NCBI GenBank assembly: GCA_033549025.1
Contig: JAWSUS010000004.1
Location: forward strand, 114,847-178,846
Length of the DNA stretch: 64,000 nt
Reading direction: 5' to 3'
Source of the DNA: Desulfuromonadales bacterium
Lineage (GTDB): Bacteria; Desulfobacterota; Desulfuromonadia; Desulfuromonadales; SZUA-540
Part shown: positions 27,859-37,722 of the stretch, one piece after another
How the letters are laid out: every line of letters starts with the position of its first letter
Numbering within the stretch: the stretch's first letter is position 1
Made by a program: the position numbers and the translations under genes
The notes under the pieces: generated by a model
What the model was told of the DNA's origin: nothing
What the model saw: only the letters and a program-made list of their open reading frames with translations
Databases searched by the model: none

Positions 27859-29292
27859 TTACGGTACGACCGCAGTCGGGGCTTCGATGAAGACAATAAA
27901 GTCTCCCGGGGCAACCGTGCCCGGCTCCGTCGAAGCGGTGGCGGCGTCGAAGGTCGGGGTGATGCGGATGGTGAAGCTCGCGTTGCCGTTGCCGTCAGCG
28001 GTCGGCCAGTTGCCGGCATTACCAACGGCGATAAAGGTGTTGATATTCACGTTGGCAAAATCGTCGATGTCACCAGGGATCCAGAGCGGATTGCTGTCCC
28101 AGGAAGCGACAACATCAGCTGGAATCACCGTACGGTTCAGGGCCGGATTCAACGGTTCGATGCCGGCAGAGGGAGCAATGGTCCACGTGCCGTCACCGTT
28201 GTCAACCGGAACCAGCGACGAACGATAGGTGACCCATTCACCCTGGCAACCTTCTGCGGCATTAACCTGGGCTACTTCCTCGTTAAAGGCGCCATCACAA
28301 TGCCCCATGAGGGCATTGTCCGTGTAAACGATGCCATCCATATCAAAGTAGATTGCACCTTTCAGATTGCTCGAAGGCATCCACTCACCGAACAGGTCCT
28401 GATGCGCCGGATGCATTCCCACCGTGCGGATAAAGGTTTCGCCCGCCTCAAGAGCAAAATTGGCGCGAACGTAGGGGTTAAAGTAGCCCGCCGAGGTATG
28501 ATGTTTGTCCGGTGCGCCGAACAGGCCGTGCGCCAGCAGTGAATCAAGTTCACCCTGATTGGCCATGCTGCTCGCAGTCGGATTGTCATTGCTGTGTTTG
28601 GTCCCGTTCTTCAAAGCGAAGGCCAGTCCTTGGCCCGGCTGGGCTTCGGTGAAGACCCCATTGACCAGGAAGCCGAGCTGCTGGGTGTAGCCGGAGACAC
28701 GTTGCCCGGTCTGGTTCCCGTACTTCTGCAGGATACGGTAGAGATCTTCCTGACCGTTGTCGCTGACGTTGAACGTTAAATCGACGGGAGCGTCAAGAAC
28801 ATAACTGACAACCTTGAAGCGCTTGCTTGACTGCCAGGGATCCGAACATTGCTTGAGATCAACCCCCCACCAATCGCTCATCTGTGTAGCCTCAGGCGTT
28901 GAGTCAGGGTTCCAACCGGCAGACATGATGCAGTTGTCGCCCGTCACATCATCACCGGTCACGATACTGAGACCGGGACCCTGGGTGTCGCGCTCTTTCC
29001 AGGTCATGGCCCCGTTCGGCAACAGAGTTGTTCCGCCGGCATACTTGGAGTAACCACTCGGCATAAAACCGCCCTCAGCGATGGCACCCGTGTTCGGATC
29101 GAGCAGGGACCCGGGTTCAACATAATTGTACTGATCAAAAACAAAACCGGGATCAGTCACATTGGTCGGGGCACCGGGGGTTGCATTGGACATGTCCCAA
29201 CTACTGATCTCGGCGGCCGCAGAAAAACCGGCCGTTCCAAAGAGGGCTATTAAAGCCCAGGCAAACGTAAAGAACCTCTTTCTGCATTTCAT
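27859..29292 (-). CDS. Choice-of-anchor F family secreted protein
   Basis: Signal peptide; NCIMSAG, CSDP.QSSKRFK, YR..QK..N.TG.R, GLFG motifs recalled for this family. Confidence 0.65.
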   Translation of the reverse strand: MKCRKRFFTFAWALIALFGTAGFSAAAEISSWDMSNATPGAPTNVTDPGFVFDQYNYVEPGSLLDPNTGAIAEGGFMPSGYSKYAGGTTLLPNGAMTWKERDTQGPGLSIVTGDDVTGDNCIMSAGWNPDSTPEATQMSDWWGVDLKQCSDPWQSSKRFKVVSYVLDAPVDLTFNVSDNGQEDLYRILQKYGNQTGQRVSGYTQQLGFLVNGVFTEAQPGQGLAFALKNGTKHSNDNPTASSMANQGELDSLLAHGLFGAPDKHHTSAGYFNPYVRANFALEAGETFIRTVGMHPAHQDLFGEWMPSSNLKGAIYFDMDGIVYTDNALMGHCDGAFNEEVAQVNAAEGCQGEWVTYRSSLVPVDNGDGTWTIAPSAGIEPLNPALNRTVIPADVVASWDSNPLWIPGDIDDFANVNINTFIAVGNAGNWPTADGNGNASFTIRITPTFDAATASTEPGTVAPGDFIVFIEAPTAVVP

Positions 29293-29463
29293 TGGATGTG
29301 CCTCCTGTGCTGTGTCGTTCCATTTGAGGTCTGTTCGGGCTGACCATTAGCCCTTGAATGTCGAATTCTCCAGCGCCGGAAAGACGGATCCCTTCGCCAG
29401 AAACTTTCGATACACCCTGCAGGATGTCTCTCCGAAACGTTGACGGAGTTTCGGCGGATACAT

Positions 29464-29479
29464 AGCACCAGCTGTGCCA
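29464..29479 (-). promoter_or_regulatory. Putative sigma54 promoter of the choice-of-anchor F operon
   Basis: Minus strand TGGCACAGCTGGTGCT (TGGCAC, GG-N10-GC). Confidence 0.5.
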
Positions 29480-29890
29480 GTCGTTTCATTGAGAATGGCT
29501 GCGCGTTGATGAAAGGAGGTTTGTTGAGAAATGTTATCGAAAGAACTGCTTGTCGAAAGCTGGGCGTTATGTTGCGATCACGGCGTTGAAAATAAAAAGA
29601 TTTTCCCACAGACAAAGCCTGTATCTGAAGAAAAGGGCGCTAGGGGTTTTGTAGGGTTTTCCCCTTATTTGACATTAATTACCGTTAAGTATTTATGGCG
29701 GGACTTGCGGGGGTATTGGTGCTGGTGAATTCCCCGTCAGTAGGGGGAAAACACCATTGGATCTGACTAATCTTGAGTTTTGCCCATAAAAATGGAGGTG
29801 CTGTGACAGGTATGTTATCCGTCTTTCTTGCGCCGGCATGTTGCCTCTGTTAGCATGCAGCGTCCTTCAACGAAAGGGAGGTGAAACGGA

Positions 29891-30094
29891 ATGAAGTACG
29901 ATGTGGAGAACATTCAGGAGCGTCTGGTTGAACTGGAAATACGCTATACCCACCTGTCGCAGCAAGCGGAAGAACTTAATGATGAGGTGATTCTCTGTCA
30001 CCGGCGCCTCGATGGGCTGGAGCGTGAAAATCGTCGCCTGCAGGACGCTCTGAAATCCCTGGCGCCCGACACCCCCGAATCGCCCGACGAATGA
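29891..30094 (+). CDS. slyX: SlyX family protein
   Basis: ERLVELEIR......EELND.V coiled coil; GGAGG RBS. Confidence 0.75.
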   Translation: MKYDVENIQERLVELEIRYTHLSQQAEELNDEVILCHRRLDGLERENRRLQDALKSLAPDTPESPDE

Positions 30095-31704
30095 GCCGGT
30101 GGCCCGGGCAGGATCTGCTGCTCATCCATCCGCCGGCCGCCAAGCCCGCCGAGCCTCCCCTGGGGATGGCGTCCCTGCTGGGCCATCTGCGCGGTCACGG
30201 CTTCACGGTGGCCGCGCTGGACGCCAACCTGGAGGCCTATCTCTATCTGCTTGAAACCTCCCGGCTGGAAGGGGCGCTGGGGCCTTCGCCTTCCCGCGCT
30301 CTGCAGCGGGCCGTACGGCATGCCCGCTCTTCCCTCGACCTGCTGCGTTCCCCGGAGTCCCTGCAGAGCTTCGCCCGCTACTCCACGGCAGTGCATCATC
30401 TCAATCAGGCTCTGTCCGTCTACAATGGGGAGGGGGGGCGGGAGCGCCTGACCCTGGGGGATTACCAGCACGGGGATCTTTCCGAGTTTTCTCCCGCCGA
30501 CCTCGACCGGGCGGCGGCGGGTGAGGTATCCACGCTTTTTGCCCCTTACTTCCGGGAGCAGGTGCTGCCGCAGCTGGAAGAACAGCGGCCGCGCTGGGTT
30601 GCCCTCTCCGTCAATTACCGCCACCAGGTGCTGCCCGCCTTCGAGCTGGCGGGCATGATCCGCCGGCAGCTGCCCGACATCGGCCTGGTCGGCGGCGGCG
30701 GGATGTTCACCTCCTGGAAGCCGTTTTTGCAGCAGGGCCGGCAGCGTTTTACCTGCTTCGACCACATCGGTTTCGGTCCCGGCGAGGCGGTGCTGGGCCG
30801 GCTGCTGGACGGTCCGAACCCGGCTGGCGCCTATGACCTGGAGGACTCTTCCGCTATCGCCTTCACGCCGGATTACAGCTTCGCCCCCTTCGCCCGTTAT
30901 CTCTCCCCCGTGCCGGTGCTGCCACTAGCCGCCTCTCGCGGCTGCTACTGGCAGAAATGCCTGTTCTGCCCCGAAGCCACCTCGCCGACCCATCCCTGGG
31001 CGGCGGTGGGGGATGCCGACTTTGTTCCCTGGCTGCTGGAGCTGAGCGCCCGCTACGGCACCGGGCATCTTCATCTCTCCGACAACGCCATCCCGCCGCG
31101 CCTGCTCAGGGCGATGGCCGCGCGGGCGGACGAGATGGCAGCGCTGCGCTGGCATGGTTTTGTGCGCTTCGAGAAAGCCCTCCTTGACCCCCACCTCGTG
31201 CAGGATCTGGCCGCCGGCGGCTGCCGCCTGCTGCAGCTGGGGCTCGAAAGCGGCTCCCAGGCCGTGCTCGATCGTCTGGGCAAGGGGACTCGCCTGACCG
31301 ATGTCTCCGCTATTTTGCGCAACCTGCAGCGCGCCGGCATCGCCACCTACGTCTACATCATGCTCGGTACCCCCGGCGAGACCGAAGCCGATGCCGAGGC
31401 GACCCGGCGTTTTCTCGAAGAGCACGCCGAGGCCGTGACCTTTCTCAATGTGGCCATCATGAACCTGCCGCGCCAGTCGGAGATGCTGACCCGCCCCGAC
31501 GACTTCGGCATCGAAGGTGCCAGACTTCCCGCCGACCGCGAATCCCTGGGACTCTACGAGACCTTTCAGGCCTCTTCCGGCTGGGGGCGCCGCGAGGCCC
31601 GACGGTTTCTGCAGCAACGCCTGCTGGCCTCGCCGGCGGTGCGGGCCATGGTCAACCGAGTGCCCCCCCTCTTTACCTCCAGCCATGCCTTCCTGTTTTG
31701 CTGA
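30091..31704 (+). CDS. B12-binding-like radical SAM protein
   Basis: IHPP..PPLG N-terminus; SRGCYWQKCLFC; GLESGS; G.PGET. Confidence 0.85.
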   Translation: MSRWPGQDLLLIHPPAAKPAEPPLGMASLLGHLRGHGFTVAALDANLEAYLYLLETSRLEGALGPSPSRALQRAVRHARSSLDLLRSPESLQSFARYSTAVHHLNQALSVYNGEGGRERLTLGDYQHGDLSEFSPADLDRAAAGEVSTLFAPYFREQVLPQLEEQRPRWVALSVNYRHQVLPAFELAGMIRRQLPDIGLVGGGGMFTSWKPFLQQGRQRFTCFDHIGFGPGEAVLGRLLDGPNPAGAYDLEDSSAIAFTPDYSFAPFARYLSPVPVLPLAASRGCYWQKCLFCPEATSPTHPWAAVGDADFVPWLLELSARYGTGHLHLSDNAIPPRLLRAMAARADEMAALRWHGFVRFEKALLDPHLVQDLAAGGCRLLQLGLESGSQAVLDRLGKGTRLTDVSAILRNLQRAGIATYVYIMLGTPGETEADAEATRRFLEEHAEAVTFLNVAIMNLPRQSEMLTRPDDFGIEGARLPADRESLGLYETFQASSGWGRREARRFLQQRLLASPAVRAMVNRVPPLFTSSHAFLFC

Positions 31705-31785
31705 ACAGGCCATTGACAGGGCGTTTTTCAGGGTGTTAGTCTTAATCGCTTAAGTTCCCGACACCCGACGAGGAGGAAGAAGATC

Positions 31786-33141
31786 ATGGAAAAAAAGCTG
31801 GAGATGCTCCTCGATACGGTTAAAAAACTGATTCGCCGCGGGGCCTACCCCAATCTCACCAAGGTTATCGCCAAGACCCATCCCGTCGATATCGCCCACC
31901 TGTTCCGCTACCTCGATCTCAAGGAGCAGCGCATCCTCTTCAACCTGATCGAAGAGGCCGAGACGGCGGCTTACGTCCTTTCCGAACTCGACCACAGCGT
32001 CGGCGCCCAGCTGCTCGAACAGATCGAGACGGAGACGATCACCGAAGTTCTGCAGGAGATGCCCTACGACGACGCCGTCGACATCATCCGCAACATGCCG
32101 GAGGAACTGGCGGAAGAGATCCTCAACATCATGCAGGACGAGCACTCGGAGGAGATCGAGCAGCTCCTGCGCTACGATGAGGATACGGCCGGCGGCATCA
32201 TGTCGACGGAGATCTTCTCCCTCAACCAGGATCTCAGCGTCAAAAAGGCCGTCGAGTCGCTGCAGCAGGCCGAGGACGTGGAGATGGTCTTCTACCTCTA
32301 CGTCACCGACGAGAACAACCACCTGGTCGGGGTGCTCTCCCTGCGTCAGCTGCTGACCGTGCCGCCGTCAACCCTGCTCAAAGACATCATGATCCGCGAC
32401 GTCATCAGCGTTCGCACCGACATGGACCAGGAAGAGGTCGCCCTGCTGGTCGCCAAGTACAACATTCTGGCCATCCCCGTCGTGGATGACAGCAACAAGC
32501 TCATGGGGATCATCACCGTCGATGACGTTATCGACGTCATGCGGCAGGAGGCCACCGAAGATATCTACAAGATGGCCGGCGCCAGCGAGGAAGAGCTGCT
32601 GTACGGCTACAAATCTTTCAAGATCGCCCGTCTGCGCCTGCCCTGGCTGGTGACCAACCTCTTCGGCGGCGTCGTCACCGGCTATCTCATGTGGCGCTTC
32701 AAGGCCACCCTCGAGCAGGTCATCGCCCTCATCTCCTTCATCCCGGTTATCACCGGCATGGGCGGCAACGTCGGCGGACAGTCCGCCACCATCGTTGTGC
32801 GCGGCTTCGCCACCGGTCGCATCGATTTCTCGACCCTGCGCCAGGTTTTTTTCAAGGAACTGCGCGTGGGGATGATCATGGGGGCCGTCTGCGGCTTGGT
32901 CGTCGGCCTAGTCGCTTTCATCTGGCACCACAATATCTATCTGGGCCTGGTCGTCGGTCTGGCCATGGTCACCGCCATGACCGTGGCGGCCACCATGGGG
33001 GTTGTCGCCACCTCCTTCTTCAAGAGAATCGGTATCGATCCGGCCATCGCCTCCAGCCCCTTCGTGCAGACCGCCAACGACATCACCGGCATCCTGATCT
33101 ATTTCGGCACCGCCACCATGTTTCTCAGCTATCTCGCCTAG
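31786..33141 (+). CDS. mgtE: Magnesium transporter MgtE
   Basis: N-domain, CBS pair, RLPWL, GGNVGGQ, DPAIAS.PF; TTGACA-18-TAGTCT promoter at 31713-31742. Confidence 0.95.
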   Translation: MEKKLEMLLDTVKKLIRRGAYPNLTKVIAKTHPVDIAHLFRYLDLKEQRILFNLIEEAETAAYVLSELDHSVGAQLLEQIETETITEVLQEMPYDDAVDIIRNMPEELAEEILNIMQDEHSEEIEQLLRYDEDTAGGIMSTEIFSLNQDLSVKKAVESLQQAEDVEMVFYLYVTDENNHLVGVLSLRQLLTVPPSTLLKDIMIRDVISVRTDMDQEEVALLVAKYNILAIPVVDDSNKLMGIITVDDVIDVMRQEATEDIYKMAGASEEELLYGYKSFKIARLRLPWLVTNLFGGVVTGYLMWRFKATLEQVIALISFIPVITGMGGNVGGQSATIVVRGFATGRIDFSTLRQVFFKELRVGMIMGAVCGLVVGLVAFIWHHNIYLGLVVGLAMVTAMTVAATMGVVATSFFKRIGIDPAIASSPFVQTANDITGILIYFGTATMFLSYLA

Positions 33142-33206
33142 GAATCGCGCCGGAACCTTATTGGCAACCAACTAAGATCTTGGCCGTGGGAAGGACTTTT
33201 TAGTCA

Positions 33207-35183
33207 ATGGGTATCGCAGCGGATATCGTCATCATCATCGTTGCCGGTCTGCTCGGGGCGCTGGTCGCCCATCGCCTGAAGCAGCCTTTGATGCTGGGCT
33301 ATATCCTGGCCGGCGTTTTGGTTGGCCCCTTTACCGGGGGGGTCTCGGTGGCGGATGCCCATGACATCGAAAAGCTGGCCGAAATTGGCGTCGCCCTGCT
33401 GCTTTTTGCCCTGGGCCTCGAGTTTTCGCTGAAAGAGCTGCGGCCTGTCCGCACGATCGCCCTGGTGGGGACGCCGCTACAGATCCTGCTGACCCTGGGC
33501 TTTGGTTTTTTCATCGGCCGCTGGCTGGGCTGGGACAGGGTGCCATCCTTGTGGCTGGGGGGCGTGGTCTCCTTTTCCAGCACCATGGTCATTCTCAAGA
33601 CCCTGATGAACCAGGGGGTGATGGGAACCCTCTCCAGCCGCGTCATGATCGGCATCCTCATCGTGCAGGATCTGGCCGTGGTGCCGATGATGATCATGCT
33701 TCCCCAGTTGAGCGATCCGGCCTCGGGGTTGCCGACCCTCGGTTTTGCCGCCATCAAGTCGGCGGTCTTTCTGGCTTTCATGCTGCTGCTCGGCACCAAG
33801 CTGCTGCCGAAACTGCTGGCCATCATCGCCCGCTGGGATTCACGGGAGCTCTTTCTGCTCTCCATCACCGCCATCGGCCTCGGCATCGGTTACGCCACCT
33901 ATCTGGCCGGGCTCTCTTTCGCCTTCGGCGCCTTTGTCGCCGGCATCGTGCTGAGCGAATCGGATTACGGCCACCAGGCCCTGAGCGACATCATCCCCCT
34001 GCGCGACCTTTTCGGTCTGCTCTTCTTCACCTCCGTCGGCATGCTGCTCAATCCGGCCTTCGTCATGGCCAACTGGTTCGAAGTGCTCGCCCTCGTCCTG
34101 ATGGTGGCGCTCGGCAAGGGGGTCATCATGGGGGTCTTGGCGCGCGGCTTCGGTTATGGCAACGTCATCCCTCTGGCGACGGGGCTGGGCATGTTCCAGA
34201 TCGGCGAATTTTCCTTTCTGCTCGCCCAGGAAGGCTACGGGATCGGCGCCCTGAGCCTCGATCAGTATTCCCTCATTCTGGCGGCCACCATCATCAGCAT
34301 GTTCCTGACGCCCGTCGTGTCGGGACTGACGGCCCCGCTCTATGCCCTGCGCCAGCGCTTCGGCAGCAACGATACGCTGGAGGTCATCAATCTGCCGGCC
34401 GAAGAGCTCAAGGACCACATCGTCGTGGTCGGCGGCGGGCGGGTCGGTCAGCATGTGGCCCGGGTGCTGCGTCAGATCGATGTGCCCTTCGTCATTGTGG
34501 AGGTCAACCACCGGCGCTTTGAGGAATGCAAGCGGGCCCGGCTGCCGGCTATTTTCGGCGACGCCAGTCAGAACATCGTCCTTGAAGCGGCGCGGATTCA
34601 CAGCGCCCAGCAGCTGCTCATTACCGCCCCGGCGGTCATTTCGGCCCAGTCCATCGTCCGGCATGTGCGGCAGTTTTATCCCGATCTGAACATCGTTGTG
34701 CGCGCCCATGGGGAGGATCAGATGCGCTCCCTTTACGAGGAAGGTGTCTACATGGTCATCCTGCCGGAACTGGAGGCGGGACTGGAGATCGCCCGTCAGG
34801 CCCTTCTTCACCTGAAGATGCCCATTCCGGTCATCCAGCGCTATACCGACGCCATCCGCCGCGAACTCTATCACCCCCTCTCCGAAGGGCGGGACGACCA
34901 TCAGGAGATCCGTCAGCTGCGGCGGGCTGGTGACCTGCTGGAGTTGAGCTGGGAGCGCCTGGCCGCCGGCAACCCCATGGTGGGCAAGAATCTGCGGGAT
35001 TTGGAGGTCAGGCGCCGCACCGGCGTCTCCATCGTCGGCGTCATCCGGCAAGGGGAATTTCTCCCCAACCCTGAAGCCGATTTCCATTTCGCCGAAGGCG
35101 ATCTGATCGCCACCATCGGCAATACCGCCCAGCGGCAGGCCTTCAATGCCGCCATGATGAAAAAGGCGAGTCCGACGACCTGA
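33207..35183 (+). CDS. CPA2 cation:proton antiporter (Kef-like) with TrkA-N and TrkA-C domains
   Basis: [26 protein letters not shown]. Confidence 0.92.
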   Translation: MGIAADIVIIIVAGLLGALVAHRLKQPLMLGYILAGVLVGPFTGGVSVADAHDIEKLAEIGVALLLFALGLEFSLKELRPVRTIALVGTPLQILLTLGFGFFIGRWLGWDRVPSLWLGGVVSFSSTMVILKTLMNQGVMGTLSSRVMIGILIVQDLAVVPMMIMLPQLSDPASGLPTLGFAAIKSAVFLAFMLLLGTKLLPKLLAIIARWDSRELFLLSITAIGLGIGYATYLAGLSFAFGAFVAGIVLSESDYGHQALSDIIPLRDLFGLLFFTSVGMLLNPAFVMANWFEVLALVLMVALGKGVIMGVLARGFGYGNVIPLATGLGMFQIGEFSFLLAQEGYGIGALSLDQYSLILAATIISMFLTPVVSGLTAPLYALRQRFGSNDTLEVINLPAEELKDHIVVVGGGRVGQHVARVLRQIDVPFVIVEVNHRRFEECKRARLPAIFGDASQNIVLEAARIHSAQQLLITAPAVISAQSIVRHVRQFYPDLNIVVRAHGEDQMRSLYEEGVYMVILPELEAGLEIARQALLHLKMPIPVIQRYTDAIRRELYHPLSEGRDDHQEIRQLRRAGDLLELSWERLAAGNPMVGKNLRDLEVRRRTGVSIVGVIRQGEFLPNPEADFHFAEGDLIATIGNTAQRQAFNAAMMKKASPTT

Positions 35184-35205
35184 AGTGCCAAGGAGCTGAG
35201 GATTC

Positions 35206-35616
35206 ATGTCTGATCGGCGGACGAAAATAATCGACAGCAGGGTGCTCAGGCTGCTGCTTACCGCAGCCGGGCTGGTCAGTACGGCACTGGCAGTGCTCGG
35301 TATCTTTCTGCCCCTGCTGCCGACCGTGCCTCTGCTTCTGCTGGCCGCCGCCTGCTTCGCCCGGGGCTCCGAACGCTTTCACAACTGGCTCCTCGACCAT
35401 CCCCACCTGGGACCGATGATTCGTGGCTATCTCGATGGTCAGGGGATCCCCCTGCGCGCCAAGATCACCGCCATCACCCTTATCTGGATCAGCATTCCCG
35501 TTTCCGTTTTTTTTCTCATCCCCCTCTTCTGGGTCAAAGTCTTCCTTATCGCCATCGGCCTGTGCGTCACCATCTATCTGCTGCGCCTGCCGGTATGCGA
35601 GGGGGGCGAAGAATAA
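35206..35616 (+). CDS. YbaN/DUF454 membrane protein
   Basis: GIFLPLLPT.P.LLLAA.CF.R.S.R...WL..HP. Confidence 0.9.
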   Translation: MSDRRTKIIDSRVLRLLLTAAGLVSTALAVLGIFLPLLPTVPLLLLAAACFARGSERFHNWLLDHPHLGPMIRGYLDGQGIPLRAKITAITLIWISIPVSVFFLIPLFWVKVFLIAIGLCVTIYLLRLPVCEGGEE

Positions 35617-35619
35617 CCG

Positions 35620-36723
35620 TCAGAACGCTAAAGCCAGTTGGGCGGTGACCTGGTCCCGGCGATCCAGCCCGATGCCTTCCTCGTTGAAGCCGAATCCCCG
35701 GCTGAATTCGGCGCGCAGATATTCGAGAGACAAGGTGGCGTTAGGCCAGGGGCTCCAGGACAGATCCAGACCGTACTGCCGCCGCGGCTGCCCGAGAAAT
35801 TCGTCGCTGCCTTCCCAGCGCAGGGCCAGTTGGAGATCGTCACGCATGGTCCAGAAGGCCTCCACATTCCAGGCTGTCGGTTTGTCGCCCATTCCATTTC
35901 CGTCGCCGTCGAGATCTGCGGCCGCGAAAGATCGCGTCGCTCCCAGAATCTCCGCTAAAATCCCGCCCCTGTTGCCGGCGGCCAGCACAAAGGCGCTCCA
36001 GCCGGGCACACGGCGTTCGTAGGTCGTCACGATGGCCGCGTCGCTGTCGGCCAGGTCGGCCAGGTAGCTGCCGCCGAATTCAATCCCGTCCCGGGGAGTG
36101 AAAATCAGGCTGGCGCCCCAGTCGCGGATATGGTCTTCCTCTTCCAGGCGCTCGCTGTCACCGTTAAAGGCAAACAGGGACAGGGAGAAGAGGTCCCGGT
36201 CATAGCCGAGCAGAGTCGCCGTTTCGCGGGTTTCCCCCAGTTCGAGGGTCAGCGGATCGCTGATGAAATGACTGTGGTAGACGCCGAAGGGAAGATAGAT
36301 GCGGCCGATTCGCCCGAAAAACGGGTCCAGGTTGAAATCGACCGAGGCCTCGTCCACCTCGAAATCAGTAGTATCTTCTTCATAGAGGAAGTTGATGCTG
36401 CCTCGGACCCGGTCGGTGAATGTCATCCCCAAGCCGAGTTGGGTCGTGGCCAGCACCAGGTCGCTGCTGCTTTGGGTTCGGCCGTCGTCCAGATGCATCT
36501 TGGCAGCGGTTGCCTCCACTTCCAGCAGGCCGGAAAAAGTCAGTCGTTCCCCCAGGGCAGTCGCCAGGCCGGCGGCCTTTTTTTCGGCCAGCGTGTGGTA
36601 GAGCTCGCTCTGCCGGCGCTCCAGATCTGCCAGGCGCTCTTCCAGCGTAGCGGCCGCCGCCTGGCTGAGAAGAGAGAGGGAGAGCAGGACGGACGTTAAC
36701 AGAATGATCACAGGGTTTTTCAT
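35620..36723 (-). CDS. LbtU-like outer-membrane porin (iron-associated)
   Basis: Signal peptide, coiled coil, SGLLEVEA, LYEE, LPFG...SHFISDPLTLELGET, terminal QLALAF. Confidence 0.8.
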   Translation of the reverse strand: MKNPVIILLTSVLLSLSLLSQAAAATLEERLADLERRQSELYHTLAEKKAAGLATALGERLTFSGLLEVEATAAKMHLDDGRTQSSSDLVLATTQLGLGMTFTDRVRGSINFLYEEDTTDFEVDEASVDFNLDPFFGRIGRIYLPFGVYHSHFISDPLTLELGETRETATLLGYDRDLFSLSLFAFNGDSERLEEEDHIRDWGASLIFTPRDGIEFGGSYLADLADSDAAIVTTYERRVPGWSAFVLAAGNRGGILAEILGATRSFAAADLDGDGNGMGDKPTAWNVEAFWTMRDDLQLALRWEGSDEFLGQPRRQYGLDLSWSPWPNATLSLEYLRAEFSRGFGFNEEGIGLDRRDQVTAQLALAF

Positions 36724-36770
36724 GTAACAGGGCCTCCATGGGATTGAATCGCTTCCTGAAAAGTCAGTAT

Positions 36771-36793
36771 ATAAAAACGAAAACCGATTTCAA
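36771..36793. promoter_or_regulatory. Fur-box-like site upstream of the porin
   Basis: ataaaaaCGAAAACcGATTTCAa; 21/23 identical to 37542-37564. Confidence 0.65.
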
Positions 36794-37459
36794 TTAGTGG
36801 GTCAAAAAAAAGCTGTTGCCGCCGGTGAGCGAGGATTGTCCGGTGACCTGGTGGGCCAGTCGACGGGCCATCCGGTTTCGGCAGTGGGTGAAGCGTTGGG
36901 CCAGTTGCAGGCTGCGGCGAGGATCACCGTAGATTCGCCAGAGACGCTGGCAGCTGAAGGGGAGGGAGACCCACCCCATGAAAGCGGCGACATCCTTGAG
37001 AGGATAACCGAGAAAAACACCGATTTCATGCGGGAAACCGTCGCCGGCCTGCAGGCGCTCCTGCAACTCGGCCAGAACGCGATCCGGGTGAAAGGGCGCC
37101 TGATAACCAGCCCGGCGCAACACGGCCATGACGTTGGGGCGGGAGAGGAGAGCCGCGAAGACCTCGGGCCGGTAGACCAGCAGCAGCAAGGACTCGCCGC
37201 GGTCAATCAGGACGCTGGGGGTGAGGCCGCTGTCGGCCAGCAGGTCGTCGCCATGCTGCTTCCAGAGCTGATAGAGATTGCGTCCGCAGGGCTGGGGTCT
37301 GTTGGCAATATTGATGAGGTTGGCCGGCTTGACGCCATCGAGGATTTCGGCCGTCTCCAGAGCCAGAAACGCCGCGCAGCACGCGCGTTCATCGAGGAAG
37401 AGAGGGGCCAGATGATTCCAGCCAAGATGCTTTGCGGGGTGAGTGGCTGCCGCAGACAT
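36794..37459 (-). CDS. DUF3793 family protein
   Basis: L.GVKPANL, FPHEIGVFLGYPL.DV..F, W..YG. Confidence 0.88.
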   Translation of the reverse strand: MSAAATHPAKHLGWNHLAPLFLDERACCAAFLALETAEILDGVKPANLINIANRPQPCGRNLYQLWKQHGDDLLADSGLTPSVLIDRGESLLLLVYRPEVFAALLSRPNVMAVLRRAGYQAPFHPDRVLAELQERLQAGDGFPHEIGVFLGYPLKDVAAFMGWVSLPFSCQRLWRIYGDPRRSLQLAQRFTHCRNRMARRLAHQVTGQSSLTGGNSFFLTH

Positions 37460-37541
37460 GAGAAACCTCCATGTATTGATAGAAAACAGGGGTCAACGAC
37501 CACGGTTTCGAGGCTACGTTAACAGGGGCTGCCAAGTCAAG

Positions 37542-37564
37542 ATAAAAATGAAAACCGTTTTCAA
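37542..37564. promoter_or_regulatory. Fur-box-like 7-1-7 palindrome
   Basis: TGAAAAC-C-GTTTTCA perfect inverted repeat in the divergent intergenic region. Confidence 0.7.
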
Positions 37565-37722
37565 AAAGTCGAGCTCCCCAGTCTGTCCAGGGTATGACGG
37601 CGGTGCTCTGGATGTTTTTCCGGGATAGTAGCCATGCGGCGACGGGCGGTCGGCATCCCCTTGCACTGCTGCCGAAAAAGATTAGAGTTTTATGAAGTGT
37701 GAGGTGGCGAAAGGGGGAAGGT

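Noticed and set aside
29300..29600. Possible c-di-GMP/GEMM riboswitch in the long leader
   Set aside because: No GCAAA/GAAA-tetraloop architecture found by eye; needs an Rfam scan
29891..31704. Small ORF + radical SAM as a RiPP system
   Set aside because: Small ORF is a SlyX coiled coil; no SPASM/RRE, peptidase or transporter
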